From assembly GCA_000388065.2 (NCBI GenBank), contig KB932204.1: a stretch of 64,000 nt of DNA. The stretch is one strand, 5' to 3'. The number at the start of each line of letters is the position of its first letter. Within the stretch, counting starts at the first letter, position 1. A program made the position numbers and the translations under genes. A model generated the notes under the pieces. That model searched no databases. It was not told where the DNA came from and saw only the letters and a program-made list of their open reading frames with translations. Origin of the DNA: Fonticula alba ATCC 38817 (taxonomy: Eukaryota; Protista; Nucleariida). Of this stretch, positions 25,745 to 36,639 are shown in pieces.

Positions 25745-28700
25745 TCAAAAGCCGGCCACCACGGCCGGGCGCTCAAGGCACGCCAGCCACGGCCCAAGAG
25801 TCGAGTCCAGGCGTTGGCCATGGCCGCCGCCCTCAGTGGCAGGGACAGTGCGCCGTGCGGCCGCCGGCGAGTAGATCCCCATGTCGGCGATTCCCTCGAG
25901 GTCCGGCTCGCTGGCGACAACGGCCACACGGGCGAGCCACTCGGCAGCCCGGTCGGCCGTTGAGCCGGCAGCCCAGGCCACCCGCTGGCGGAGGGCCTCC
26001 AGCGCGGCGGCCACCGAGGCATCCGCCCCCGGAACCGGCTGCTGAGCAAAGTGCTGGGTGGCCTCCTCGAGGCTGGCCTCGGTCGGAGGCAGGGACACCA
26101 GGATATTGTGCACCAGAGACCCGACACCGCCAAGCCCCGACCCACGGGTGTAGTAGTCCCGCTGGTCCAGCCAATGGCGCCAGCACTCGGTGCCGGCCAG
26201 GCGCGACCCGCGCGCCAGGCGAGCCACCATGCGCCAGGAGTCCTGGTCGCGAACGCGGCCGGACACCGCGAAATCCAGCACCCGCTGGATCTGCCCCTGG
26301 CTGCGGACCATGACCAGGGCATCGAGCAGGAGATCCTGCTCGATCGGCAGAGTCCGCGGGCTGACGAACCGATCGAAAAGCCAGTCCAGCCGGGGATCGT
26401 CGGCGGCATCGGAGGCAGACGCCCCGGCACCCAGGGCAACGGCCATGCTTTGCGGGTCGGCGGCCGCCAAAGCCGCCGGGTCAGCGGCCGCCGCCGTTCC
26501 GGCCATCAGGTCAAAGAGGTCAACCGCGGGACCGGTCACCTCGGGCAGGCCAAGGCGCACGGCCTGGCGCAAAACCAAGCCATACAGGAGGGCCTGGCGC
26601 GCGGCGTCGGCCGCCGCCGGGCCATCGGTCTCCTGGCCAGATCCGGCGCCGGTGTCGGCGGCCACCGCCACCGAGAAGATCCCCTCATCGGCCCCGGCGT
26701 CCAGTCGCTCGGCCAGTGCCCGGACATCGGCCTCCAGGCGCGCGACAAATTGATGGCGCTCCAGCAGCGCACGAACGAGCGATGTCTGGAAGGCGCGCAT
26801 CGCATCATCCGCGGCCGGGTGGGCCTCCGGCGAAAAGCCATCCCGCAGCCGCGCCAGGTAGCTGAGGAGCTGCTCCACCGGCTCCAGGGCCCCCTCATGG
26901 CAGGCATAGGTGTCCAGGAAATCCAGCACCTCGACCGGGTCAGCCACCTCGGCCAACAGCAGAGCCATGCCATCGGACACCAGCCCGGCCCGGTCGACGG
27001 CCGGCAGCAAATCCACGCCCTGCGGGCTGGACGCAGCCAGGGCCGCGCCGATGCGCTGGAGGAACCCCGGCTCGGCGTAGTGCACGCGCACCGGCGCCGC
27101 ACGGCGGCCATTCAGCACAAACCACTCGGCGCCCTGGGCGGGCAACGGCGGCGACCCGGTGGCGGAAGAGGCTGCCACTTCGCTGAGGTTGACCGGGGCG
27201 CTGTCGGCCGGCAGGAAGAAGAGATCGGACTTGTGGACCGGCGTGCCGGCAGGGGCCCCAGTCGCGGCCGCATACACGGTCATCGGGATGGGCCAGAGGG
27301 AAGCCGGCTCGGTGGGGGCCTTCCCGGGCTGCTCCGGCTTCGGGGAGAAGAAGCGCTCTTGCTGAACATTCCAAGTGCCACTGGAGTCAGAGGCGCGGGA
27401 AACCGTCAACAGGGGGAAGCCCGCCTGCTGGGTCCACGACTGAAGTAGGGAGCTGAGGACCGGTGCATGGATGCCCGCATCGGCGGTCATGGCCGCGATG
27501 AAGTCCGCGCCGGAAGCATTGCCAAAGGCGAAGTCCGCCAAGTACCGGCGAATGCCACTCACGAAGGGGGTGTCCTCGGTGCCCGGGAGAGGAGGGAGGG
27601 CATTCGAGTCGTCGCCGCTGTCGTCGCTGTCATCGCTGGAGTCGTCAAGAGACGAAGAGTCATCATGAGACGAAGAGCCATCATGAGACGAAGAGTGGGA
27701 GGACTCCTCATCGTGGGATGACGCAGAGGCTGAGGACGAAGTTGAGGAGGAGGAGGCTGAAGTTGAAGAGGAAGAAGACGACGAAGAGGAGGCCGAGGAG
27801 GAGGCCGAGGAGGAGGCCGACGCCGAGGAGGAAGCCGAGCTAGAGCTTGAGGCAGGAGCCGAGGTGGAGGCCGAGGATGAGCCGGAAGTGGATGGAGCTG
27901 AGGCGGAGGTCGAAGCGGAAGCGGAAGCGGAGGCAGAGGCAGAGGCAGACCCTGAATCGGAGGCCGGAGCCGAGCCAGAAGCCGGAGCCGAGCCGGAAGC
28001 CGGAGCCGAGCCAGAAGCCGGAGCCGAGTCAGAAGCCGGAGCCGAGCCAGAAGCCGGAGCGGAACCAGAAGCCGGAGCCGAGCCAGAGGCCGGAGCCGAG
28101 CCAGAGGCCGAAATCTCCACCCCATCCGAAACCTCATCAAGCGCACGACGACGGCGAGTCACACGTCGACGGTGAATCGTCTCACCCTGTTCCTCGCGGG
28201 AATCGTCATCAAGCAGGGCATCCATGGTGACCTGCAGCATCCGAAGGACAGTGGCCCCCTTCTCGTAGGTGATACTGTCAAACAACTGCTGGATTTCCGG
28301 AGTAGTCGCGGTCTTGGGCGCGGCCATGGCCCGAGTGGATGGCCGGGCATCGGCCTCCAGAGCTGGCCACGCGTGCGCTGCATACAACCCAGCGTCCGAG
28401 CCGTCCAGCAGCCAGCCAGGGGCCGGGGTGGTCCCGGCAGCGCCGAAGCTCCACGCCGAGAAGAAGGTCGCCGGGCTCTCACTCAGCCACAGGTCGCCCC
28501 ACCAAGCAGGAGTGGCCAAATTGCCGAACCACTGGTGCACGATCTCGTGGGCCAAAACCTCGGCCGCGCGCTGGCGCTGGGCCACCGTGGCCCGGACCGG
28601 GTCCACCAGGATATACGCCTCGCGGAAGGTCATCAGGCCCCAGTTCTCCATGGCGCCGGCCGAGAAGTCCGGCACGGCCAGGATGTCCAACTTCGGCAGG

Positions 28701-30419
28701 TGGTACCGCTGGCCAAAGAGCCGAGTCAACTGGGGGATGATGTGCTCGGCCGTGTCGAGGACCGGAGCGCGGAAGGCCGGCCCAGCGGGGCCGATCGGCC
28801 GCGAGCACACCCGCACCACGAGCGGGCCCCCGGCCGGGCCGAGGTCCGCCAGCTGGCGCTCCTCGCAGTCGAGGCGCCCCACGGCGAAGGCCATCAGGTA
28901 GGTGCTCATCCGGGGAGACTGGCCAAAGACCAGGGTACGGGCATCCGGCTCGGGAGACGCGAGCCCGGGAAGTTCCCCGGCGAAGGAGAACCCCGGGAGC
29001 AGGTTCCCGGTCGACGCGGGCTCCTCCCGGTCGACTGGCATGTTGCTCAGGCCGACATGCGTGCCAGGCACATTGATCAGCCGCACGGAGAAGGCTGCCT
29101 TGTGCGCCGGCTCATCGAGGCAGGGGAAGGCCTTGCGCGCGTCGGTCGGCTCAAACTGCGTGACCGCCAGCCACTCCTGCTCGGGCCGACTGTCGGAGGA
29201 GATGTCGTTGGTGTTGGCGCTGCCGCCATCGCCGCCACCGGCACCGCCGAAGGGGTGATACCCGCTGCGATAGTATCCGGCCATATCGTCGGCCAGGGGA
29301 GCCATGAAGTCCATGACAAGGGTGTATGCCCCGGCCGGGAGGCTGGCAGCCGGACCGGTGGCCGACTGGAGGAGGATGACCAGCTGGTCCCGCTCCTTGC
29401 TTTGAATGATCCTGCAAAAGCGCGGCGGGNNNNNNNNNNNNNNNAGAGGCGGCAGGAGCAGCCGGAGATGGCGCGATCCTGGTGTGAGAAGGGGTGTGAA
29501 GCGGGCGCAAACTCCGTGCAAAAAAAAGCCCACAACAGAAAAGGAGGTGGGGAAAAAAATGATAAAGCAAAACACGCACGTCACTTGGTCCTTGGTGAAG
29601 CTGGGCACATCGCGAGCGGCCATCCGCTGGGCCTCAGCTCCGGCGCGTGCATTTAGCGATACAAATGAAGTGGTCAGGGAGGGAGCGGCGTTGATCACCA
29701 GGAACTCCACCTCCTCTTTAACCTGGGATCATGGAGGGGGGGAGGGGGCGGTTCCAAGCCATCATGGTGACATAGATGGAAGGGAAAAGATAGCCGACGA
29801 GGCCGCCGTGGTGGTGTGTTAGGCCGCAATGTGCAGGGACATAGCAAGAGAGAGAGAGAGAGAGAGAGAGAAAGAGCGAAAGCCCCTCGTGCCACATGGA
29901 CGCCGGGGCGGGCCGCGGAGGGGAAGGCACAGCAGCGACATTGCCATCCACCAGGACATGGACGCACCTCCAGATCGATGGACACACGGCCACCGAAGCG
30001 CAGCGACTCGAAGTCCGTGTACAGGTCAAGGGCATAGTGCTCGGAGGACACCGCCTCCGGCAGGCGAGGCTTGGCCCAATACTGGTCGGGGTTGAGGCCC
30101 TCGCTCGGGCCGGAGCCGCTGTTGTCGGGACCGGGCCGGGGGGTGCTCGGGCCGCGCGAAGCCACCGCCATGGCCGTGATGAACAGAGCCAAGCCGACCA
30201 CGGCAGCGATGTGCCACACGCGCAAGACGAAGCCCGAGGCCGTTTGACGCCTGCGGCCGGGCGGCTCGCCGCCCGGGCCATCACGCACCGGGGCATAGCC
30301 CGTCGGTGAGAGGGCGGCATTGTTGGAATGGTTGCGTGCTCCAACCGGAGGGCGCTGCACGAAGGGGCCGTTTGAGGCGCCGAGCAGCAGCAGCGGCTTG
30401 GTCCAGAAGGGAGCAGCTG

Positions 30420-30494
<75 letters not shown>

Positions 30495-31840
30495 GGGCAA
30501 ATGGCGGAACATGTGTCAGTTGTCAGGCAGGCCGGCCGGGTGGAAGGCACGAAGTGAGGAAGGGAGAAGACAGGGGAGAAGAAGCAGGAGGAGAAGGAAA
30601 GGGACTCCTCGACCTGGTCCTTCACGAGCTCCCGGACTCGAGCATATGCGAGGGGCGAGGGGACAAAAGAAGGACTCGCATGCTCTCTCTCGCGCGCGCT
30701 CTCTCTCTCACACACACACACACACAGACACCCATGTGAGGACACTCTCGCAACTGCTTCGAAGACCGGGAAAAGGAAGTGACAACCCTCCAGGAAATGA
30801 CCCGGCCCCGGTGCCCTGGGGGGGGGGGGAAAGACGCAGGCACCAGGGCACCCTCCTACCTCCCCTCCCCCTCCCCCCCCCCCCCCCCCCCCCCCCCCCC
30901 TTCTCCCCTGCCAGTGGCTCTCACACAAACACACACCATCTAGGATTGTGACCACCGAGTCGAAAGTGGGCTCTTGGCTGGGCTTCAACCCGGCCTCCGA
31001 GTCGCCATCGGCCAGGTTGGACATGGGCCATGACTCGCCGGGCGATCCATCACCAGGAGGATGGCCGCCAGGGGGCCTGGCAGGACCAGCGGCCCCGGCG
31101 AATGCGCCGGAAGGGGAGCCCCCATTGAATCGATGGACCCGGCCGGCGTCCGCCATCATGACGCCGGGCCCGGGACCAGTCACCCCTCCAGACGGGGGTA
31201 TTGACAAGGCGCCGGGCCGGTAGGGCCGGAGAAGATCAGGTAACATGGTGGGGGCCGGGGCCACCGGACATCGGATGACGGGCACCGGCCCGGGGCTCGG
31301 CTCCCCGAAACGAACTCTCGGTCTCCCAGACACTAAGGAAGGGCCTGCCGAGGCCTCGCCTGAGGGGGCGGCCTGACTGCTCGCATGGACACCGACATGG
31401 ACCATCGGCGAGGGGAGCGTACCGCCCGGGTGGCCGTAATTGCCAGTTCCACTGTGCCCCGATCCACGGAAGGCATTGGCCCCGTTCGGAGAAGAGGTGG
31501 GGCTGCGGACGGGGCCGCCGCTGCCGCCGGGGCCGACCGCGTCGAAGCTGGTCAGCTCCACGGCCGAGCCCATGATCTCGGCATTGTAGTTGGTTGACAG
31601 CTCGAAGCCGATGTCATCGAAGCCATCGGCATGGTCGAGGTCCACATCGTAGCCGCCCCCGAGGGCGGCATTATGGTCCCCGAACTCCAGGTGGTTGGTG
31701 GGGTGGCTGTGAAAGGGAGTCTGGTCAAGCTCCTGTCGGGCGGCGGCGGTGGCCGGGTCATACGCGAAGTGCGCGGCGGAGGAGGCTGGCCGGAGCTGGC
31801 CGGTCCCCGAGGCGTCGGGCTCGCCGTCCGCGGGCGGCAT
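25745..31840 (-). CDS. M1 family zinc aminopeptidase, type II membrane-anchored (APN/IRAP-like architecture); multi-exon
   Basis: VTQFEPTDARKAFPCLDEP; GAMENWGL; HEIVH-x18-E; YEKGATVLRML; WTQQAGFPLL; ERAP1_C-like tail. Hydrophobic anchor IAAVVGLALFITAMAVAS (~30150-30215) before PRLPEAVSSEHYALDL. Long cytosolic N-terminus from ATG 31840. Confidence 0.9.
27961..28110 (-). repeat. 18-bp coding tandem repeat encoding SGSAPA, about 8 units
   Basis: gccggagccgagccagaa periodicity inside the aminopeptidase Ser/Ala insertion. Confidence 0.9.
30421..30493. repeat. Poly-G homopolymer (~70 nt; poly-C on the aminopeptidase sense strand, directly before a CAG acceptor)
   Basis: Read directly. The exact length may be unreliable in short-read assembly. 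Confidence 0.85.
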
Positions 31841-33246
31841 CGTCCGAAACGCGCGAGGCAGCAGGCGGTGTGTGGTTTGTGTTGTTGGGTGGTGGGTGTG
31901 GGGGGTGTGGGTTTTTAGAGGTCGGCGAAAGAGGAGAGGGGTGCGTGCGCACACACACACACACACACACACGCAAGGGTGTCAAAAGGGGGGATATGGG
32001 AGTGCGAAGAGAAGGGCGGGTCTGTGTAGAATGTGTTTCAGGGCCGCCTGGCATGGGCCGTGTGTGCAGGTGGCTGAAAAGAAAAGGCGCGGCGATCTTG
32101 GGACCGGCGGGCCGGGCAGTGGCTGCGGCCCGCAGTTCCCCCGCAGGGAGACCCGCCGGGGAGAGGTCCCGGCCCAAAGTGGCAGGGGATCTGCCAGGCC
32201 CTGACAGATGTAGACGGCGGCCACCCCCAAGGGAGNNNNNNNNNNNNNNNNNNNNNNNNNNNNNNNNNNNNNNNNNNNNNNNNNNNNNNNNNNNNNNNNN
32301 NNNNNNNNNNNNNNNNNNNNNNNNNCCCCCCCCCCCAGGTCCCAGCCCTGGCCGGCTCCCTGTGGCGGGGAAAATGCCCATAAAACCAGGGATTCGGGAG
32401 AGGACCCGGTTGCCCTGTCCTCGCGGCAGCCGGGGGCGGGCGAGGGGATCGCGGGGAATATTGATCTATCCATGTGCGTGCGGCCCGGGTCGGATCAAAC
32501 ACAGACCGGAGGGAGGTATCAGGCCATCCGGCCCCGGGTGTGGGCGCGCGCGCGCGCGGCGCGGCGCGGGCGTGGGCGCACTCGTTCACGCCGAGTCCGG
32601 CGAAAATGCGGGGTAGGGCCGCGTTCGCGTGCCGAACCACCACCCCGGCGGACGCGGGATCCGCGGGAAATGGAGCCGGCGCCGGCGCGCCCAGCCAGCA
32701 AGCCACAATGCTGGCGCCCTGCCGGTGGCAGCGTGAAAAGGACCGCCGGCTCGCCCGCCGGCTGGCCGGCCCGCCCTCCACGGGTGCATGCCATTTGCCA
32801 GTCCCGCAGGCGCGTGTGCGAGGCTCCAACACGCCGAGCCCGCATGCAGCGCGGCTCCGGGCGGGTCGAGAGGCCCGCTCGGCAGGCCGCTTGGAAAGCG
32901 TCCGCGAACGAGGCCCGACGCCCAGGACAAGCAAGTCACAAACACCTTCCCCGCACCCCCCCCCCCCCCTCCCCCGCCCCGGCAACCCTCGGACCTCTCG
33001 CTCGGGTCGATAACATGCTGACAGCCGCCGGCCCTGGCCAGGGAGAATTAACCATCCTGGCCGGCGGGGATGTCCCGGAACGTTGAGATTCGCGGCCACC
33101 CCCCGGGCACTCTCCCCGGGGGAGTTCTCACGCGAATGTCCCCCCGCCACGCACCCCTCTTGCCTGAACTTGGGCCGCCGGCCGGGGCGACGCGCGACCC
33201 AGGGCTGCCGGCGCCTTTCTCGGCCTCCACAGGGGTCAAGGACCGT

Positions 33247-33277
<31 letters not shown>

Positions 33278-34202
33278 CCGCCGATGCGCGGGCAGGTCCC
33301 GCAAGCCACATCGCCCAGCCATCCCCGGGGAAGGCAGCCCCGCCGGAGGGATGCGAGTTTACCGGTCCAGGCACTGCCCCCACCGAGATTCCTCGGTCCT
33401 CCCCTGGCACGGGAGGCCTGTTAATTCCACCCTACACCCTCTCCCCCGCTGGGCCGGTCCGCTTAGTCCGACCGTTGGCGTTCCCCCGCCCCCCGCCCCC
33501 GCGGTTCCCGCCGACAGGCCGCGGCGCCACGGCCGGATGCGAACGCGCCCAGCCAGAGGGGAGGCGTTCGCGCCCCCGGGGCGAGCCCATTTATCCGCCA
33601 GGGGGTTGCCCACCAGGGCATTCTGGTTTTGGAGCTCGGGCCCATGCCTCGCGGTCTTCTCTTGCCTGAGGCGCAGAGTTAATGGAATCCCTCTTTAATA
33701 TTAACGCCAATATCTCAATATTAACCGACTGAGCTGACCAGGACGCGCGGGCTCTATTTTCAAGTGTTCCTCTGTCTCGGTGAGGGTGTCCGTCTCTCTT
33801 TCCGCCGTTTTTTGTGGTGATCCTTCGGCCCCCCCCACCCTGCACCGCCGGCGAGGTCTTGCTGCTGCGCATCCGCCCGGGAGACGTGTAGGGCTGCCGG
33901 TGTGTCGAAGACCACGCTCAGCCAGCCGCGCTCGGTGACGGGGAAGCCTGGTGTGGCAGGGCAGACACAGGGAGGGGGGAAGAACACGCGCACGCAAAAA
34001 GAGAAGGAGATGTCCCGCTGCCGAAGGTGTCACCCTCTTTTTCACATGTTCCCCGCACAGGGGGTGGCCTTCTGGTGGCGTTCGAACGGATCCGAGAGAG
34101 GCGCACGTGGAGAGGCGGCAAGGGCGGCAAAGGGAGAGGAAGGAGGGCGGGGCACCTGCCTCCAGCCTGCCCCCGTGCGCCGGGGGGAGCGTGAGGGGGG
34201 GA

Positions 34203-34303
34203 GGGGGGGGGGGTATTCCACAACATCGCACGTTCCTCCCCCCCCCCCCNNNNNNNNNNGGGGGGGGGTATTCCACAACATCGCACGTTCCTCCCCCCCC
34301 CCC
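34203..34303. other. Same ~25-bp core (GTATTCCACAACATCGCACGTTCCT) with its G/C flanks on both sides of a 10-N gap; unresolved contig overlap
   Basis: Identical sequence flanks the gap on both sides. Confidence 0.9.
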
Positions 34304-34416
34304 CGCATGCGCCGCCCCCCCAGCCAACGAGTCCTCGCCAGCTGGCCCTCCTCGGGGGCCGGTGTTGCGCGCGCTCCTGGCGGCTCGCGTGCGCACGCGG
34401 GCCGGCGCCCAATGTT

Positions 34417-36639
34417 TCACGAGTCGCCGAGGTCAAAGATGATGCTCTGGCAGAAGTTGTCGTCGTTGAAGCGGCGGCGGCGGTCGGGGATCGGGCCCCG
34501 GTGGCCATTGCTTCGACGCCCCGCGCCGGCATTCATCGGGCCGGAGGTTTGCTGTTGGAAGCTCGTGGCGGCGGCCGGCTGCCAGAGGGTCTCCTCGCCG
34601 GCCGGGGCGGTGCTGGCCGCCGCGGCCCCGATGCCCGAAAGGCGAGCCGCCTGGTATTGGCGTAAGTCGGCCTGGGCACGGTCGCGGCGGTCGGCCAGGT
34701 CGTGCTCCGGGGCGCCCCCCTGGCCGGGCAGTGGCGGCCGGTTGAAGGTCCCATTGCGGAAGATGCGCCCGGATGCCGTGCTAAACATCCCCTGATCCCG
34801 GGGGGCTGCATGTCCACCGGCGTCGAGAGGGCCCCCGAGAGCCAGGCGCTCGGTGGGGCCGGTGCTCGGGCCTTCGGCAAGCGATGCCACCCCCTGGGAG
34901 CCGCCGGGAGCCATGCCCCCCACCGAGGGGCGCATCATTAGGTCGGGGGCCAGGGGAGGTTCCGGTCGCGACAGAGCTCCGGCCGGTCGCAGTGCCCCGG
35001 CACCCGGATCGAGCGGGCGCCCAAGCGGGTCGATGGGAAGGTGGCTGTTGAGCATTCGCCGCCAGGCCCCAGCAAGGGGCTGGTCATGGTGGTCGTCAGC
35101 ACCGGCCCGCCGAAAGGAATGGCGGCGCCCGGGGCCGGCGGGCTGCCGGCCGTCGGTCTGCTGGTCGCGGTGCCGAAGCTCCGTCGACGACCAGCCACTG
35201 GAGGAGCCAAGCTGGCCGGCGCGGAAGCCGGCGGACAGGAGCTGGTGCGGGTGCAGGATGCCATCCGGGTCCCAGGCGGGCCGCGGCCGCGGCCGGCCGC
35301 CGGGCCCGGCCGCCGCGCGGTCATTCACCTGCGACCCGCCGGCCGCGCTCTCACCCGCGCCGGCCAGGGAGAAGGGCTTCATCGGGCCGCCGGTCCACAA
35401 GTCGTCCTGGTCGAAATCCGGCCGCGGGGGAAGGGTCACCTCAGCGGGATCCGGCCGGCCGGCCACGGCGTCGGCCAGCTGCTGGCGGAAGTCCCGCCTG
35501 GCACCGGGGACCACCTGGCCGAGGACCTCCTCCCGGCGATGGTGCATCAGCTGGTGCATCTGCTGCTGGCTCGGCAGGGGAAGGGCCCCGCCATCGGCGA
35601 AGGCGCGCCGGCGCAGCACCTCGGCCGTGGGCGCATTGCCGACGCCCAGCCAGTAGTCCGGGCCGAGAACTTGCCCGCCCCCGGCCATCGGCGTCCGGCG
35701 AATGACCGTCACCTGGCCACTGTCAGCCGGGTGATCCGGGTCGAAGTTCGGGAGCGGATCATGGTGGTAGCCGGCTCGCTGCCAGGGGAAGAGGTAGTCC
35801 GTGAGGCTGCTACGCGGGGGGATGGGCCGCGGCTCGACCGGCCTCGGGTGCGAGATGAGCGGCCGCAATTCGTCGGCCACGCTGCTGGTGGAGCTCTCAT
35901 CGCGGGAGGGATCCAGCGAGGCGCTCGAGGAGACACTCCGGGCGGCGGCGATCACCAGCTCCGGGTCGCGCCAGTCGTCTTCCTGGATGGCCGATCCGGC
36001 GGCCGCGGCATTGGCGGCCGCCGGGCCGGCCGGCTGCTGGGGCAGCGGCATGTGCGCCGGGTCGCCCCGGGGCGACAGGGCCCCGGCAATGCGCTGCCAA
36101 AGGGTCCGCCGCGGGGAGGTTGGTGCCGAGCCCATGTCGATGGCCACGGCTCCCGGGGAAAGGGGCACCGTCGGCGACATGGCCGAGGGCACGGGCGAGC
36201 TCGGCTGCACCGGGGCCTGGTAGCCGATCGACGGAAAGAAGGCATCCAAGGAGCCCGGCTCCTCCGGCAGCGGGTGGGGCTCATGCTGGAGGGCGTCGTT
36301 CAGGTCAAAGCCCGTCAGGTTGTCCGTGCGTCCGGCCTGGCGCCGGGGAACCAGGCGCCCGTCCAGGGTGACGATCTGGTCGGCCCAGAAGCGTCGACGC
36401 TCGGGGGTCGGATCCGGGTGCCAAAGGCGCTCGGTAGCCAGCTCCTTGCTGAGGGGGTCCTCATTTTCGAGGGCAAACTCACTCTCGCGTGGGGAGTGTG
36501 CCGGCGTCACGGGAGGCGGGGCGGGGCTTCCCGGACGATGCATCGGGACATGGCCCGAAATGTGCAGATCCCCGGCTTGAGGGCGCTCGCCATCGAGTGG
36601 CGGGATGTACAGGGCGGGCACGCGACTGTCTCTGGCCAA
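34417..36639 (-). CDS. Hypothetical intronless ~740-aa Pro/Ala/Arg-rich protein
   Basis: Long ATG-initiated ORF with codon usage like neighbouring genes. No domain recognised. Confidence 0.65.
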   Translation of the reverse strand: MARDSRVPALYIPPLDGERPQAGDLHISGHVPMHRPGSPAPPPVTPAHSPRESEFALENEDPLSKELATERLWHPDPTPERRRFWADQIVTLDGRLVPRRQAGRTDNLTGFDLNDALQHEPHPLPEEPGSLDAFFPSIGYQAPVQPSSPVPSAMSPTVPLSPGAVAIDMGSAPTSPRRTLWQRIAGALSPRGDPAHMPLPQQPAGPAAANAAAAGSAIQEDDWRDPELVIAAARSVSSSASLDPSRDESSTSSVADELRPLISHPRPVEPRPIPPRSSLTDYLFPWQRAGYHHDPLPNFDPDHPADSGQVTVIRRTPMAGGGQVLGPDYWLGVGNAPTAEVLRRRAFADGGALPLPSQQQMHQLMHHRREEVLGQVVPGARRDFRQQLADAVAGRPDPAEVTLPPRPDFDQDDLWTGGPMKPFSLAGAGESAAGGSQVNDRAAAGPGGRPRPRPAWDPDGILHPHQLLSAGFRAGQLGSSSGWSSTELRHRDQQTDGRQPAGPGRRHSFRRAGADDHHDQPLAGAWRRMLNSHLPIDPLGRPLDPGAGALRPAGALSRPEPPLAPDLMMRPSVGGMAPGGSQGVASLAEGPSTGPTERLALGGPLDAGGHAAPRDQGMFSTASGRIFRNGTFNRPPLPGQGGAPEHDLADRRDRAQADLRQYQAARLSGIGAAAASTAPAGEETLWQPAAATSFQQQTSGPMNAGAGRRSNGHRGPIPDRRRRFNDDNFCQSIIFDLGDS

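Noticed and set aside
26051-29656. Long plus-strand ORFs (465 aa and 494 aa) antisense to the aminopeptidase
   Set aside because: Shadow frames from GC-rich codon usage, with no recognisable motifs; the minus strand explains the region.
34203-34303. Apparent short direct repeat around a gap
   Set aside because: Scaffolding overlap artefact, not a biological repeat.
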